Assembly: GCA_000934665.2 (NCBI GenBank)
Contig: JYFJ02003290.1
Location: 1 to 43,832 of the forward strand
From: Catajapyx aquilonaris
Lineage: Eukaryota
Direction: 5' to 3'
Length of the DNA: 43,832 nucleotides
A program made the translations under genes and the position numbers. Shown piece after piece: positions 1 to 19,754 of the stretch; the stretch's first letter is position 1; the number at the start of each line of letters is the position of its first letter. The notes beneath the pieces were generated by a model that worked only from the letters and a program-made list of their open reading frames with translations, made no database searches and had not been told where the DNA came from.

Positions 1-298
1 AGAGCGCGTCCAACACCCGCATGTGACGTCACGGCGGGAGAGCGGTGATGCGCATTCGGACGCGCCAGTTGAGCCGAGGTAGGGTTAAGGAATACGCAGG
101 CGACAACAGTGGACGCAACTTCGCTTGATAATTTAGCCAATTTTAGTGTGCCCAATTGTGCAAATAGCGTCCATGTTTTATGGAGGGGAAAAAAATTATT
201 GGAAATATCAAAATAATTAAACTGAGCAGTGTTGCCAACCGACGACGAGCGTCGCCGGCTTTTTTTTTTTCTTTTTTTTTTTTCACTACTCGAAAAAG

Positions 299-5414
<5,116 letters not shown>

Positions 5415-6543
5415 GCCAACTGTTAGAAATAAAGTACAAACTTTTCACATAACGCCTTTTGGCAATACATTCTCCCCTGTCGTGTGCCTCCTCAGTGGTT
5501 TTCAACTTTTTGCACAACAGTGACGAGTAATTAAAATGATTGTAGTGGTGACAGGAGCAACTCCAAGTGAAAACCCCTATGGAAAGTATATGGGTAAGTG
5601 AAAACGTGGGACAAGTTTGGTTGGATGGCTCTGGAGAGCCTTTCACTTAAGTGCATCATGTGTTCATGGCCAAGCAACAAAGGAAACATTGGAGGAATTT
5701 AGCCCACTTATTTTATTTGCATAAAAATAAATTCTGAGAAAATTTGGGATAAGACAAAGGTTACAGTGTGCTAGACTAGCTAGAAGAAACACGATGAATT
5801 ACAAATTGAAAATAAACGTAAATATTTATGAGTTCATCTTTGACCATATATTAATGATGCTATCAATTATTTTCAAGTTAGGCCCAGGTTATGGCTAACA
5901 CTATTACGACTACCTTAAGGATGAACAATCACACATTGTCACTGTTTTGAAGGTTTTTGATGTTCATAAAATAGTACCAGCAGCATTTGGATTTTCATTT
6001 CTCCCGCGGCCCCAAGAGCTATGTCGGCGGCAGCTTCGTCTACTGGTAAGGCCACCCAAGTCAGACAGGTCCAGATATAGGAGACGGACTAAGAGAGATC
6101 TGCTTTTTCCTCTTCGTTTATCTCTCCATCTGTCCCACCTTTGCATCTTCTATAGCCAGATAGCCATAGTTGCTTTGGCTTCTTAATAAACCTAAACCTA
6201 AACCAGCAGCATTTTGTAATGCAAAAGAGTGGGGAATAGCATAATTATATAGAATAAAACAGATTCAGTAATTGTTTCAAAAGAAATGCTTACATGCTTG
6301 TATATACATACTGTGGAATATTATCTAAGACTTGCAAGTGTCAGGCACCATGTTTTAGTCAAATTTAATGTTTATTTTGATATAAAGAAACAGCAACTGG
6401 GCGAAATGATTATTTAGTCTATCAATGCCACGTCAAATGATAAGTGGCCAAGGTAAATGTTTGAATAGGGCAGGCTCTTCATTTGTTATTCTAAAACATG
6501 ATATGTCATAGATTTACGTAAATTACATTTCATTAGAACTTAT

Positions 6544-6793
6544 AATTGAGGCGCTCAGAGGAAGAACGGCATATCCCAACCTGAGTTCGTTTTGAGAAAA
6601 GTGGCTTTTTGTGTTTTGCTTTACTATGCAGCTGAAGCTACGGACAAATTTTACAAGTGGAATATGTGGGCTTTGACATGCCCTAATTCATTTGGTACTT
6701 CAGCACAAGAAAGGAGAGTACATTCAACAGCACTACACACTCAAAATTGGAGGTTGGTTGGGATATGCCGTTCTTCCTCTGAGCACCTCAATT
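6544..6793. mobile_element. MITE with 38-bp inverted ends
   Basis: 6544-6581 and 6756-6793 are reverse complements (37/38); the structure reads AATT|GAGG...CCTC|AATT. Confidence 0.8.
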
Positions 6794-6888
6794 CTCTTCA
6801 AAAGGATGGAGAGAATCTTCACACATCTCTGTGTTACAAGAAATATTTATTAAGTGCCTGTATCATACCATAGGGAGGAATATTTTTA

Positions 6889-6925
6889 TACGAGGCGCAT
6901 CCAGAAAGTAAGTTTCGTTATTTTT
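6889..6925 (+). mobile_element. Possible solo mariner-like terminus
   Basis: TA|CGAGGCGCATCCAGAAAGT resembles the TIR start of the mariner at 4350; no partner end seen. Confidence 0.35.
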
Positions 6926-7195
6926 TTATTAGAAAAACCGCAATACAGCTGAAAAACTAACAAACACACCATTCTGATTTGTCAGATAAATGAGAGGGTG
7001 GGGATAGCTTCAGTCTTGCGTCAGTGATTGTTGAGATATCAAGTGTCAGATTCAGCCTTTGCACTATGAATAAAGAATGTGGTAATGACATTGTTCGCAG
7101 CAGGTAGCAATATATTTAGGCCAAGCATGGGCATATTGACCACTTGCAATGTCACAATGCCCTTGGGGGAACAATATTTTTATTATACAAAAATG

Positions 7196-7196
<1 letters not shown>

Positions 7197-7249
<53 letters not shown>
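7197..7249. repeat. (AAT)n microsatellite, ~17 units
   Basis: Direct inspection. Confidence 0.98.
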
Positions 7250-7250
<1 letters not shown>

Positions 7251-7358
7251 TTATCAATGTGTTCCATTGCATAAATTTATGTTTAGCATACTCATTGTCA
7301 GTACAACTGTACACAGTAAGTTTAGTGTAATTATTGTAGTCCATCCAAACTTCTGCAC

Positions 7359-9379
7359 CTACCTCAAATATCCACCGTGATGAAACAAAGTCACTTGGTC
7401 CGTCACTCGGCCCACTTTGGACTTTCTCTTCGTAGCGCATTTTTTGCAGCTATATGTGAACAACTGGTACCACAATGCAACAATGCTGCAGATCCACCCT
7501 GAGACTATGAGGCCAAAAGGCCCGTACAACTTCTCCTTGCTCAAGGGCTGACCTTCGTCATCATCCGCCTCTTCTTTGGTGTGATCCTTGGTGCCATGGG
7601 ACGAATTACGTCGAGAACGTAGGGCTTTGAGCAAGTTGTGGTAAGACACCATGCCTTTAAGGTGCAAGAAGACACCGCTCTCGAACATGTGACTGATGGT
7701 CTTGTACTGTAGAACGCGCCGTAAGAAGGATTGTCCTTCAGGTATGCAGATCCCGTGTATATGTTGATGGCAACCTCGCTCTTATCGAAGTAAGGGATTC
7801 GCCCGTTTTCGTCAGCATGATTCCACACCTCCATTTCCAGCAGGGCTCTGACACCCAGACACACTGCCCTGACCTTCGAGCATCTTTCAAAACACTCTTT
7901 ATAGGAACGATACAAAACTATGGCTTCCTTGATGGCCTGATGAACCGGGAGGTCCACATCATCACGCACGAACAGGCTGTATGCAAATCCGTTAATTTGT
8001 TCTGCTCCCACTTCATACCCCATAGACAGAAGTTCCTCAAATGTCTTCGGAAGTACTTCCTTCTTAGGGACTGCCACGAACGAGAAGACAGCTTCCTGGT
8101 ATCCGCAGGTGATGACCATTGCGAAGTACAGCCAGAAGGCCAAGAGGACTCTGAAGGAGTTGGACGGCGGTACCTCTCGGCTGGGCAGCTGCTCCAGAAA
8201 GGACTGAAGCAAATACTGGGCCACGAACTCCAGTGGATGTGACACTCGATCCATCTGATTGGGTGTGATCTTGAGGAGAGCCCAGGATGCGACAATCCCA
8301 ATAAATGTACCGAACGTGATGCACAGCCAGACTGCACCATCGTATGGCCAGAATATGGTCTGCCACGACCAGACTGGACCAGGACGTGCCCTGATGAACT
8401 TGAACCCAGAAAAGAGTATGGGGAACCCGAACTTGACGTGTGTCATTGAGTCGGCCTGATACAGAGCGATGCTCAGCATGTCTGCACGACCGCTCACTAA
8501 TTCTCCGGTTCCTCCAACCCAGCTCCCGTTGCTCATCCGACTCATGTATATCTCCTGAGGAGTGATGTCGACGTGGTAGCAAGTGAATGTGAAGTTAAAC
8601 GATGTGCTGATCATATAAGTCATGATTTTGTACACAGGCAGGGTCCATAGTCCCTTTGTGCGGATCTCCTCCTGCACTTCTTCATAGGTGAAGGCTCGGA
8701 GGAACGGGATCTTGATGCGTTTATGGTTCAGATTGCGGGTCATGTCCGGATATAATTCTGTTGGGAGATGATGTGGATATCTGCCAAGATATCGTATGGA
8801 TGGATGTCCGTTGTTGCAGTAGAAGCAAACGGTGTGGACATCCAGTGATGTCTGCAGTTGTGGTGAAGCATCCACTGCGATTTTGAATGCCCATCCTGTG
8901 ACGACTTCCAACTCCATTGCAATTTTGGACAATTCCTGTCTGGTCCATATCACAAGGTAATCTCGAAATGCCTCCACCCTGATGCTGAATGCGTGGAAGA
9001 TGCTGAGACGGCTGAATCCTTGCACATTGTCGCTGGTGACAAAGTGCACGACACAGCTCCCGGCAGTGTTTCTCCTCTCATAAAAGTCCCACAGCTCCCT
9101 CACACTTCGGTGTTGAGGCACCTGGAATTCGTCCGGAACCCGGAATGTCACGACGAATCGGTTCTCGCGAGTCATGTTGGCCATCACTCCTTGAAATTGA
9201 TCCGGAATGAAATTGAAATCGTGTGCAAACACCAAGCTGCACTTTGGCAGAATACGGAACATAATGTCCGACAGAAAGTGTGCCACTGCATCTGTGATTG
9301 AAACGTCGAACGGTGAGCATATGTGTATGAGAAAACCAGCGATAAGAAGGGTGTATGAAGCCATCATGACTACATACAT
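7359..9379 (-). pseudogene. Intronless divergent ionotropic receptor (IR), frameshifted at ~7705-7711; ~671 aa if the 5-bp insertion is removed
   Basis: Signal-like N-terminus, S1 lobe GSWVGGTGELVSGRADM, FWPYDGAVWLCI, pore/TM region SFRVLLAFWLYFAMVITCGYQEAVFSFVAVP, LPKTFEEL. The expected end of S2 and last TM (MFESGV...QPLSKEKLYGPFGLIVSGWICSIVA) lie in another frame (ORF 7359-7688). Confidence 0.85.
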
Positions 9380-10671
9380 CACTATGCAGGGTGCGAATAA
9401 TGCGGCTTCACTGCCTCAGTCGCATTCTTGGATCAATGACGTGAAGTATTGCTGCGGTGTGAGTATTGCTCAATGACAGTAAGGGACGATAATAATCGAG
9501 GCTCTTTACCTAATGACGAAGGTCTGACTCAAATTACAGACGTCGACAAAATTGTGCATGCGTTAGTATCCATAGTGACAAAGTAAGCTACACGCATGTA
9601 AGTGGCAACTAGCCTGCTTCTATTTTAAGTAGGGAATTCCAAGAACCTATTGCGACCGATTTCCATTGAACCACAGCAGTTAGTAACATATTAAACTGCT
9701 CGGAAAAAGTCATTATAGGTCTACTCTAGCTTTTCCGCATCTTTCAAGTAGGCCTAATTACGTCATTTGACACGTGCTATTCATCGGTACTTTGTGCTTT
9801 TCTATAACCTATGCAATGAGCTATTGTTAGTAGTCTTTGTCTGCATATCGTCCTTTTATTCCGCGTCCTGTGTGCACTTGACCTTTGCGTAGCTGCTGTA
9901 AGCCAAGGGGGAAGAACATTTGTGATAGCAGAAGTGGTATGGAACATGAAAGGAACTATGTAACTTTATGAATAAATATTCAGAAAGACTTACAGGGTTA
10001 AAAGATCGATGGGGGAAACGAATAGATTACCTTATTTTGTATGTTGTAGCATACATGATACATGCTACAACATACATTTGCATACATTTGCATAATTATT
10101 ATGAGTTATGACATTGTTACAACATTGGCTACCTCACAGATCATATTTATCAGCCGTCATAAACTGTATATCTCATCCTCTGCACTATAATAGGCCACAG
10201 TTCCTGTCTATGTTCATTACGTACAATCGAGCACTTCTGCATATAGAAAAAGTGCTCAGTTGGTTGTACTATCTGCTGAGACGATCTGACTGTGAGTATA
10301 AAAACCCTGCACAAGTCTCAAAATCTCTGCAGTCTGTTTAGAGTTTGCGTAGATGCAGTGATAAATTGGCAGATTATTTTCCACCGCCTCAAGTCATATC
10401 TGCTGTCATGGATACTTTGACGGTTGCATTTTTCATGGCATTCACTTTGGGCAACCCTTGCCAGCTGACATTGCACACATGACTCGGCGTGACAAGGACT
10501 AATTTGCATTATTAAAGTGTATAGACTAATGAACACCTGAATACCCCAATAGAACTTCTAACTCTTCACAAGTATTTGCTCTGTTCAAGACTATACCCTC
10601 AAAGACGAGATTAACATTCTATGCACACATTTCACACTGTTCTGATGTGTGTTTCCAGCACAATAGTCACA

Positions 10672-12911
<2,240 letters not shown>

Positions 12912-13765
12912 GGGACTCAAGCAAGTCCTGTTACGTACGGTACCCAAAGACTACATGAAACGTCGGCGTACTCACATGTTTCTTTTATTGAACTCTGCAC
13001 AGATTTTTGAAGTCCCCACATAGGTCGAAATGTAGATATTCTTGTTATTGTGCTTCTCTTATCAAACACTCGGCTGTCTCAGAGAATCTTATATGAATAG
13101 CCTACGTTAATATTTGTCATTTTTTTGACTGACTCAGTTGAGGCGAATATTTCACAACAAATACACAAGCTGTTATGCATTACGTCACCTTCGGTTCATT
13201 GCTGTTACCCTGATACTACACATGTATACTGTCATGAATAAAATAAGAGGTCATTGTTCATGCAGAAAAGTACACTTATACAACAAGCTACCTGTTTCTG
13301 AAGGTATGCAACAGGAACAGATATTTCTGATGAAGAATGCCATAGCAACATTAGTGAGTTCAATCTGTCTACTTTTATGTCCAACTGAGGATCTTGATAA
13401 TGACAGCAGCAGCATCCTCAGCCCTGCTGGTATAGTAAGCATATGGTACGTACAATACAATGACAACAAGCCTACCCGTCCATTTATACGAAGAACTTGA
13501 GTGAGACCTATCCACCCTTTCTCATATGTAAGAAGATCCGTGAAATAATTGTCTGTAAAAACACTGCTGGCGGACATACAGGTAAGCCAAATTTGAATGA
13601 CATATAGCTCACTATTTGTTAACATCATTATGATGAAAATGTCACCAACAATAATAGTAAAAAATCCTCGATCCATATATAGTAAAACTTCATCTGTGTG
13701 ACCCAGTGTACGTAACACACTCGTTTAAAATAGTTACGGTATATCAGTTTCGATTTGCGGTTTGA

Positions 13766-14158
13766 GTCATTAGGGTGGTTGCTCGACCATCTATTTATTT
13801 TTTTATATTTTCACCATGGGTGGCCTTGATATTGACTTGCTCAAAAGTCAAAACTATTTTTGTTAATTTTTTATCTGCCATCATGTTGGATTTATTCAAA
13901 TTTTTCTTCACCGCAGCGAGCAAAAACGAGCATTTGCAATGGCAACTATCAGTAGGTGCGTTTGTCAGCCCTTGGGGTGGGCTACCAATGCACCGAATTT
14001 CAAGAAAATCGGTGAGGTTGGAATTTCACGAGTTGGAAAATGTCCCAAGTTGTCAGGGCAAATCTCAAGACATCATAATTATGATGTCCGTAGGGGCTGC
14101 AGGAATGTGTGCTCGGACATCATATGATGTCCGTAGCCGTCAAAGGGTTAGACTATAG
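13766..14158. mobile_element. Probable DNA-transposon debris at the junction between duplication units
   Basis: Not shared by either unit; ends in CAAAGGGTTAG, resembling a degenerate piggyBac-type AGGG|TTAA end. Confidence 0.3.
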
Positions 14159-14801
14159 TCTAGCTTTTCCGCATCTTTCAAATAGTTACGTCATTTGACA
14201 CGTGCTATTCATCTGTACTGTACTTTGTGCCTTTTTGTAACCTATGCATTGAGCTATTCTTAGTAGGCTTTGTCTGCAAATCAGTCATTTTATTCCGACG
14301 CGTCCTAAGTGTGCACTTGACCTCTGCGTAGCTGCAGTAAGCCAAGGAGATAGCACATTATTTTCTGATAACAGGTGTGTTATGGAACATGAAAAGAACT
14401 ACGTAAATTTATGAATAAACATTCAAAAAGGCTTACAGGGTTAAAAGATCGATGGGGTGTATGCTGCAACATAAAAGATACTAAGGTAATCTATTATTTT
14501 GCATATGACATTGTACAACATCGTACCTCACGGAAGGTTCATACTTATCAGCCGTCATATATCTCTCACCCTCTGCACTATAATCAGCCACAGTTCCTGT
14601 CTATGTGTATTACGCAGCACTCGAGTACTTCTGCATCATAGAGAAAGAGTGCTCAGTTTGTTCAGGACTATCTGCCAAGACGATACCTGAACATAAAAAC
14701 CAGGCACAAATAGCAGATCTTCCGTATTCCTTTGGGAGTTTGCGTAGATGCAGTGATATATTGCGTAAGTTTCTTTCTTTTCATATCAGTTTTTGCCTAA
14801 T

Positions 14802-16045
14802 TGAAGACCACAATTCAACAAGGGCCCAATTCTGAAAATTGAAAATATCCAGGAAGCGAAAAAAATTATTCATTTCTGTTTCTGTTCACCAAATTGTGCT
14901 CTAAACCTAATGACAGATATATACAACATGAATACCTGACAGCACTTTCATTGAAATGTCCATGTAATTTATATTTTACTTAAATACCTTTAATGCTCAC
15001 AATTGGGCCCTTATTGCATTGTATCGTTCATTTGGCTTAAATATTGGAGAAATAAACCGTCTCAGGATAAAATTTATGAAGATTATGATATACAGGAGAC
15101 ATAGTATATGCCACAGAGTAATTACACATTATATTTAATTAAATTTAATGTTTTTTGGTTTCCCATGCTACCTTATAAAGTAGCGGCCATTTTTTGATCA
15201 CTTCCAGAGGAAGTAGGTCAAAGATTTTTTGGTGACATATAGACACACAAGTCTACTTTATTTTCGACTAGGTTTGGCACTGCTGGATGCTGCCTCAGAG
15301 GGGAACGTTCTAATGGTAAAGTAACGCATCTCCTGTAGAAGTAGCGCTTAGACAAAATTCACGTCGCACTTAAAATCACTGCTATTTTCAAAATGCGTGA
15401 CACTTGTAGTGCATTACGAAAATCGCGCTTTTCAAAAGTGACAATCGCGTTTTGGTCCGTCGCTGGTTAGAAGCCTTTTCCAGGCATTACTAGTGACATT
15501 TCGGCTCTTCTTGCATTTTATACGGATGGACACCTACCAGAGGAAGTATTTTTGTATTTTTGTATTTTTATTTATTTTACCACGTGATAAACCTACTGGC
15601 TCTGTAGGGGGGTGGGAAACCACCATTTAGATTTTTCGCTATTTTTCGAACTTTTTCTCTCACCGCGCACCGGTGCAGGGGACAGGATAGGGATAGTGAG
15701 GGGGGGGGGGGATACGGGTGCAGGTGCATTGTCATCACGTTGGGGGTCGTGTGCAGTCCCCCAGGGGGCCAAAGCTTAAGACACCCCCCTAGGAGCGGGG
15801 TCAGAAACTCCCACCGACACCGCACCTCCTCAAAGGACAGGACAAGGATAGGAAAGGAAGGAAGCGGCTGTGGCCTAATATTTAGGAAACAACTCCGGAA
15901 GTCTCCTGGGGGTAACCGTGGGAAACCACAGAAAACCACGGTTAGAGTTGCCGGCACTGGGGATCCTACCAGAGGAAGTACAATATGCCATAAAAGCATT
16001 TCCGTAAAAATTGACAGATGGGCCTTTATTGCATAGTGGCATTCA
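14802..16045. mobile_element. Non-autonomous TIR-type insertion upstream of esterase copy 2, containing a nested SINE
   Basis: ~1.28 kb absent from the paralogous position near 10365. Imperfect inverted ends TGAAGACCACAATTCAACAAGGGCCCA / TGGGCCTTTATTGCATAGTGGCATTCA, with a further inverted copy at ~15001-15030. Confidence 0.55.
15549..15964 (-). mobile_element. 5'-truncated tRNA-derived SINE
   Basis: 16-bp TSD CCTACCAGAGGAAGTA (15533-15548, 15965-15980); A-rich tail on the minus strand; ~120-bp head shared with the SINE at 36927-37220. Confidence 0.85.
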
Positions 16046-16363
16046 GTTATTTTCCACCGCCTCTTGTCATACCTGTCATGGATATTGGATAGGCCTACCT
16101 GGCGTTGCATTTTGCATGGTATTCACTTTGGGCAACACTTGCCAGCAGACATTGCATACATGACTCAGCATGACTAAGACTAATTTACATTATAAAAGTT
16201 AGTGTATAATGAACACCTGAATACCCGAACAGAACTGCTAACTCATCACAAGTGTTTGCTCTGTTCAAGACTGTACCCTCAAAGACGAGGTTAACATTCT
16301 CAGATTCTCTGCACACAAGCATCTCACACAGTTCTGACGTGCGTTTCTAGCACAAGAGTCACA

Positions 16364-18636
16364 ATGAGGAAGATTGTGAGCAACGTTATGGTCGTAGCGA
16401 CTTTGATCGCTCTGAGTGTCGCTGAAAATTGCACCCAAAACCCACGAGTGCTTTGTGCCAAATCATTTTGCGTCAAAGGATGCATCGACAAATCCGCAAA
16501 TGGAGAAGACATCTACAGTTACAAGTCAATTCCATACGCAAAGCCGCCTGTTGGGAAACTAAGATTCATGGTAAATTTCCATACAAGAGTTAGTTGTAAT
16601 CCAATTGTTAAAATAATCGTTTACAGCCTCCGGTACCAATCGAGAAATATACGTCTATTATTGATGGGACTGCCGAAATGCCTTTTTGCACGCAATTTAA
16701 TATTATGGGAAACGGAGGCGTAATTGGTACTGAAGACTGCCTTTGCCAATCTGTTTTTACCCGAAAGGTAACGTGCGATAAATTATATTTGGCACCAAAT
16801 TTTATCTCATAATTATATTTCTTAACATACAGCTTCCCCCTGAAAATGGGGCTTGCGACACACTCTTACCAGTCATGGTTTGGATCCATGGAGGAGGATT
16901 CACTGCTGGAGGCGGCTCACCAGCCGTATACTCACCAAGATTCCTTCTGAATGGCGACAACCAAAATGTGGTCATGGTCAGCATCAATTACCGTCTTGGT
17001 CCTCTGGGTAAGGAAAAACAATGCAAAATGTCAGTGGTTCATTGTTGCTGACACTACACACATGAAATGCAGGGTTCCTAAGCACTGGAGACCAGGTGAT
17101 TTTAGGCAATATGGGACTGAAAGATCAGAGCTTGGCACTGAAATGGGTCCAGCAAAACATCAGGTTCTTCTGCGGTGATCCTGATCGAGTCACTATTATT
17201 GGAGAGAGTGCTGGAGCCTCTTCGGTTCATTATCACATGCTGTCCCCTATGTCCAAAGGCAAGTGCACAGCGTCATTTTCGGAGTCAGATAATGGCTCAT
17301 GCTATACACATTTCCAGGTCTTTTCCATCAAGCTGTCCTCCAGAGTGGTTCGGCTCTGAACAACTGGGCTTACGTCACGCCATCAGAAGCTCGCAAGAGG
17401 GCCAAAGAAGCAGCATTGTTGATGGGTTGCCCCAACGACAGTTCTGAAGCAATTCGAGATTGCATGCAGATGGCCGATGCCAAAGATCTGGCGGAGTTGT
17501 TTGAAAGAACAAGCGTAGGAAAAGAAAATTAGTAAAGTAGCTGTCAGATTGGCCATCAATAATGAATTTTTTGAACCAACAGACATGGGACATATTCCAT
17601 ATTGTGCCCTTCCCTCCTACGAAGGAACCTGAAGGAAGAGATCGGTTTATGACCAAGAGTCCGAAGGAAAGCATGGACGATGAAGAAATGGCCGATGTTC
17701 CAGTGTTGACTGGAATTTGCGAATTTGAAGGAGAGTTCCTGGCGTCAGGTTTGTACAAATGATATAATTTAGGTCACATGTTTCACTTGTTCATTGCACA
17801 TAATGCAGGGATTTGGAGAAGGAAATCATACTGGGAGATAGATGAAAATTACCTCCGTATTTTTCCAATTCTGTTAAACTACGATTACTGCGCTGGTTCC
17901 AGCCACGATGTTGATAAAATATCTCGCAAGATCCGCAAATTTTACTTTAAAAACAGGAGCATAGATAATGACACACTGGTGGACTTCGTGAATGTAGGTG
18001 CTTCTTTTTTTAACTTAATAGTGAACATTAACAATGATTATGATTTCAGATGATGTCGGACAATGTGATAATCTCAGGGGTTTATGAGAATGTTCAAGAT
18101 TTTATGTCGTGTATGCCAAACCATAATGTCTACTTTTACGAATATACATTCCGGGGACCAGTCAACTTTGCACAGCTGCCTGGTTATATGACCGGTGGGC
18201 CAGATTACAAGCCACATGGTGAGAAATGATTATATGTCACCATCAAAATGGAGAAGTGCTCAAATGCTTTCTTGCTCTAGGAACTTCCCATGTGGATGAC
18301 CTGTTTCCTTTGTTCGGGATTCCTCCAAGTGATTCTTACATGCAGAAAGGTACTCCACTGCGTATGATGTCAGACATGATGACTGCCTGGTGGACAAACT
18401 TCATTGCCCTCGGGTATGATGTTTAAAAGAAGAACTCGATCTGTTGCTTCAATGTTACTTTCGTTATTAGGAATCCTACTCCGGGTGAATCTGAGGTTCG
18501 CTGGTCCCCTGTGGAGGAAGATTCCTTCAACGTTTTCAATATAAACCTGCCATCAAGGATGCAAACCAAATTTATCTACAGACGCATGAAATTTTGGGAG
18601 AAAATCAATTGTCGTATGACAGCCTGCTTTTTGTGA
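16364..18636 (+). CDS. Secreted carboxyl/cholinesterase copy 2; 10 exons, same structure as copy 1 (first exons 16364-16570, 16627-16767, 16833-17007, 17073-17258)
   Basis: Complete [13 protein letters not shown] loop, [18 protein letters not shown]; stop TGA at 18634-18636. Confidence 0.9.
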
Positions 18637-19754
18637 GAGGCACAAGTAAGTCCTGCACAGATTTTTGAAGTCCCCACATAGGTCGAAAATGTACTCTTCT
18701 TTAGTATTCTTATTATTGTGCTTCTCTTATCAAACAATCTTCTGTCTCAGAGAATCGTATATGATTACGTCAATATTTGTCATAATTTCTTTTGTCAGAC
18801 TCAGTTGAGGCGAATATATCACGACAATTACACAAGCTTTTATGCATTATGTCACCTTTGGTTCATTGCTGTTACCCTTATACTGTTCATATAATTATGC
18901 AATATAGGTTCACATAGGTATGCAACAGGAACAGATATTTCTGATGAAGAATGCCATAGCAACATTAGGTGGGTTCAATGACTTCAATCCGTCTCTCTTT
19001 ATGTCCAACTGAGGATCTAGATGGTGACAGCAGCAGCATACTCAGCCCTGGCTAGTAAGTGTATGTATACGGTTCAATACAATGACAACAAGCCTACCCG
19101 TCCATTTATACGAAGAACTTCGGTGAGACCAATCCACCCGTTCTCATATATGATAGAAGATCAGCAAAATTGTCTGTAACAACACTGCTTGCGGACAGTA
19201 AAACATATGTTCAGAATGAATAAATATTAATGCAATTGGAAGGATATATCTCACTATTTGTTAACATCAATATGATGCAGGCAAAATTTCATCAACAATA
19301 AGTAACAAATCCTCGATCCATATAGTAAAACTTCATCCCACCCAGTCTATGTAACACACTCATTTAATATACGTAGTTACGGTATAATATTGATTTGCGG
19401 TTTGAACATGATATGATTTTGCAACTCCTGACATGTATGATACTACAGTATACACACACCTGCATAAGTAAGAGTTCAGGATTGAAGACCAAAAGTTGCT
19501 GAGTATCTAAAGCAAAATGACTACTGTGAAGTATTGCAAGTGTGACTTTTAGGATATTGTTCTCATTAATAACTGCTACTCCAAACCGGTATAAATATTA
19601 TTACTTCCTTACGAATGGAATTGCGAAAAGGCACAAGCGCATGACAATTACTTGAGATCAGGCTTCTGGAGCATGAACGTGCGGTAATGCCAGTTATGTC
19701 GAGCATACGAAAACCATTTGCCAATTTTTCAGACATACTGTAGCACATACTCAC

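Noticed and set aside
6188..6203. Telomere-like (TAAACC)n
   Set aside because: Only about three units; not an array.
7064..7440. ORFs with poly-I, poly-N and poly-L tracts
   Set aside because: They are translations of the (AAT)n microsatellite.
7541..9382. The 613-aa ORF as a complete receptor, or a micro-intron rescuing the frame
   Set aside because: Its tail is out of frame and lacks the last TM. The nearest GT..AG at the lesion is 7 nt, too short to splice.
15577..16110. 177-aa minus-strand ORF
   Set aside because: It lies across a SINE and TE flank; no recognisable domain.
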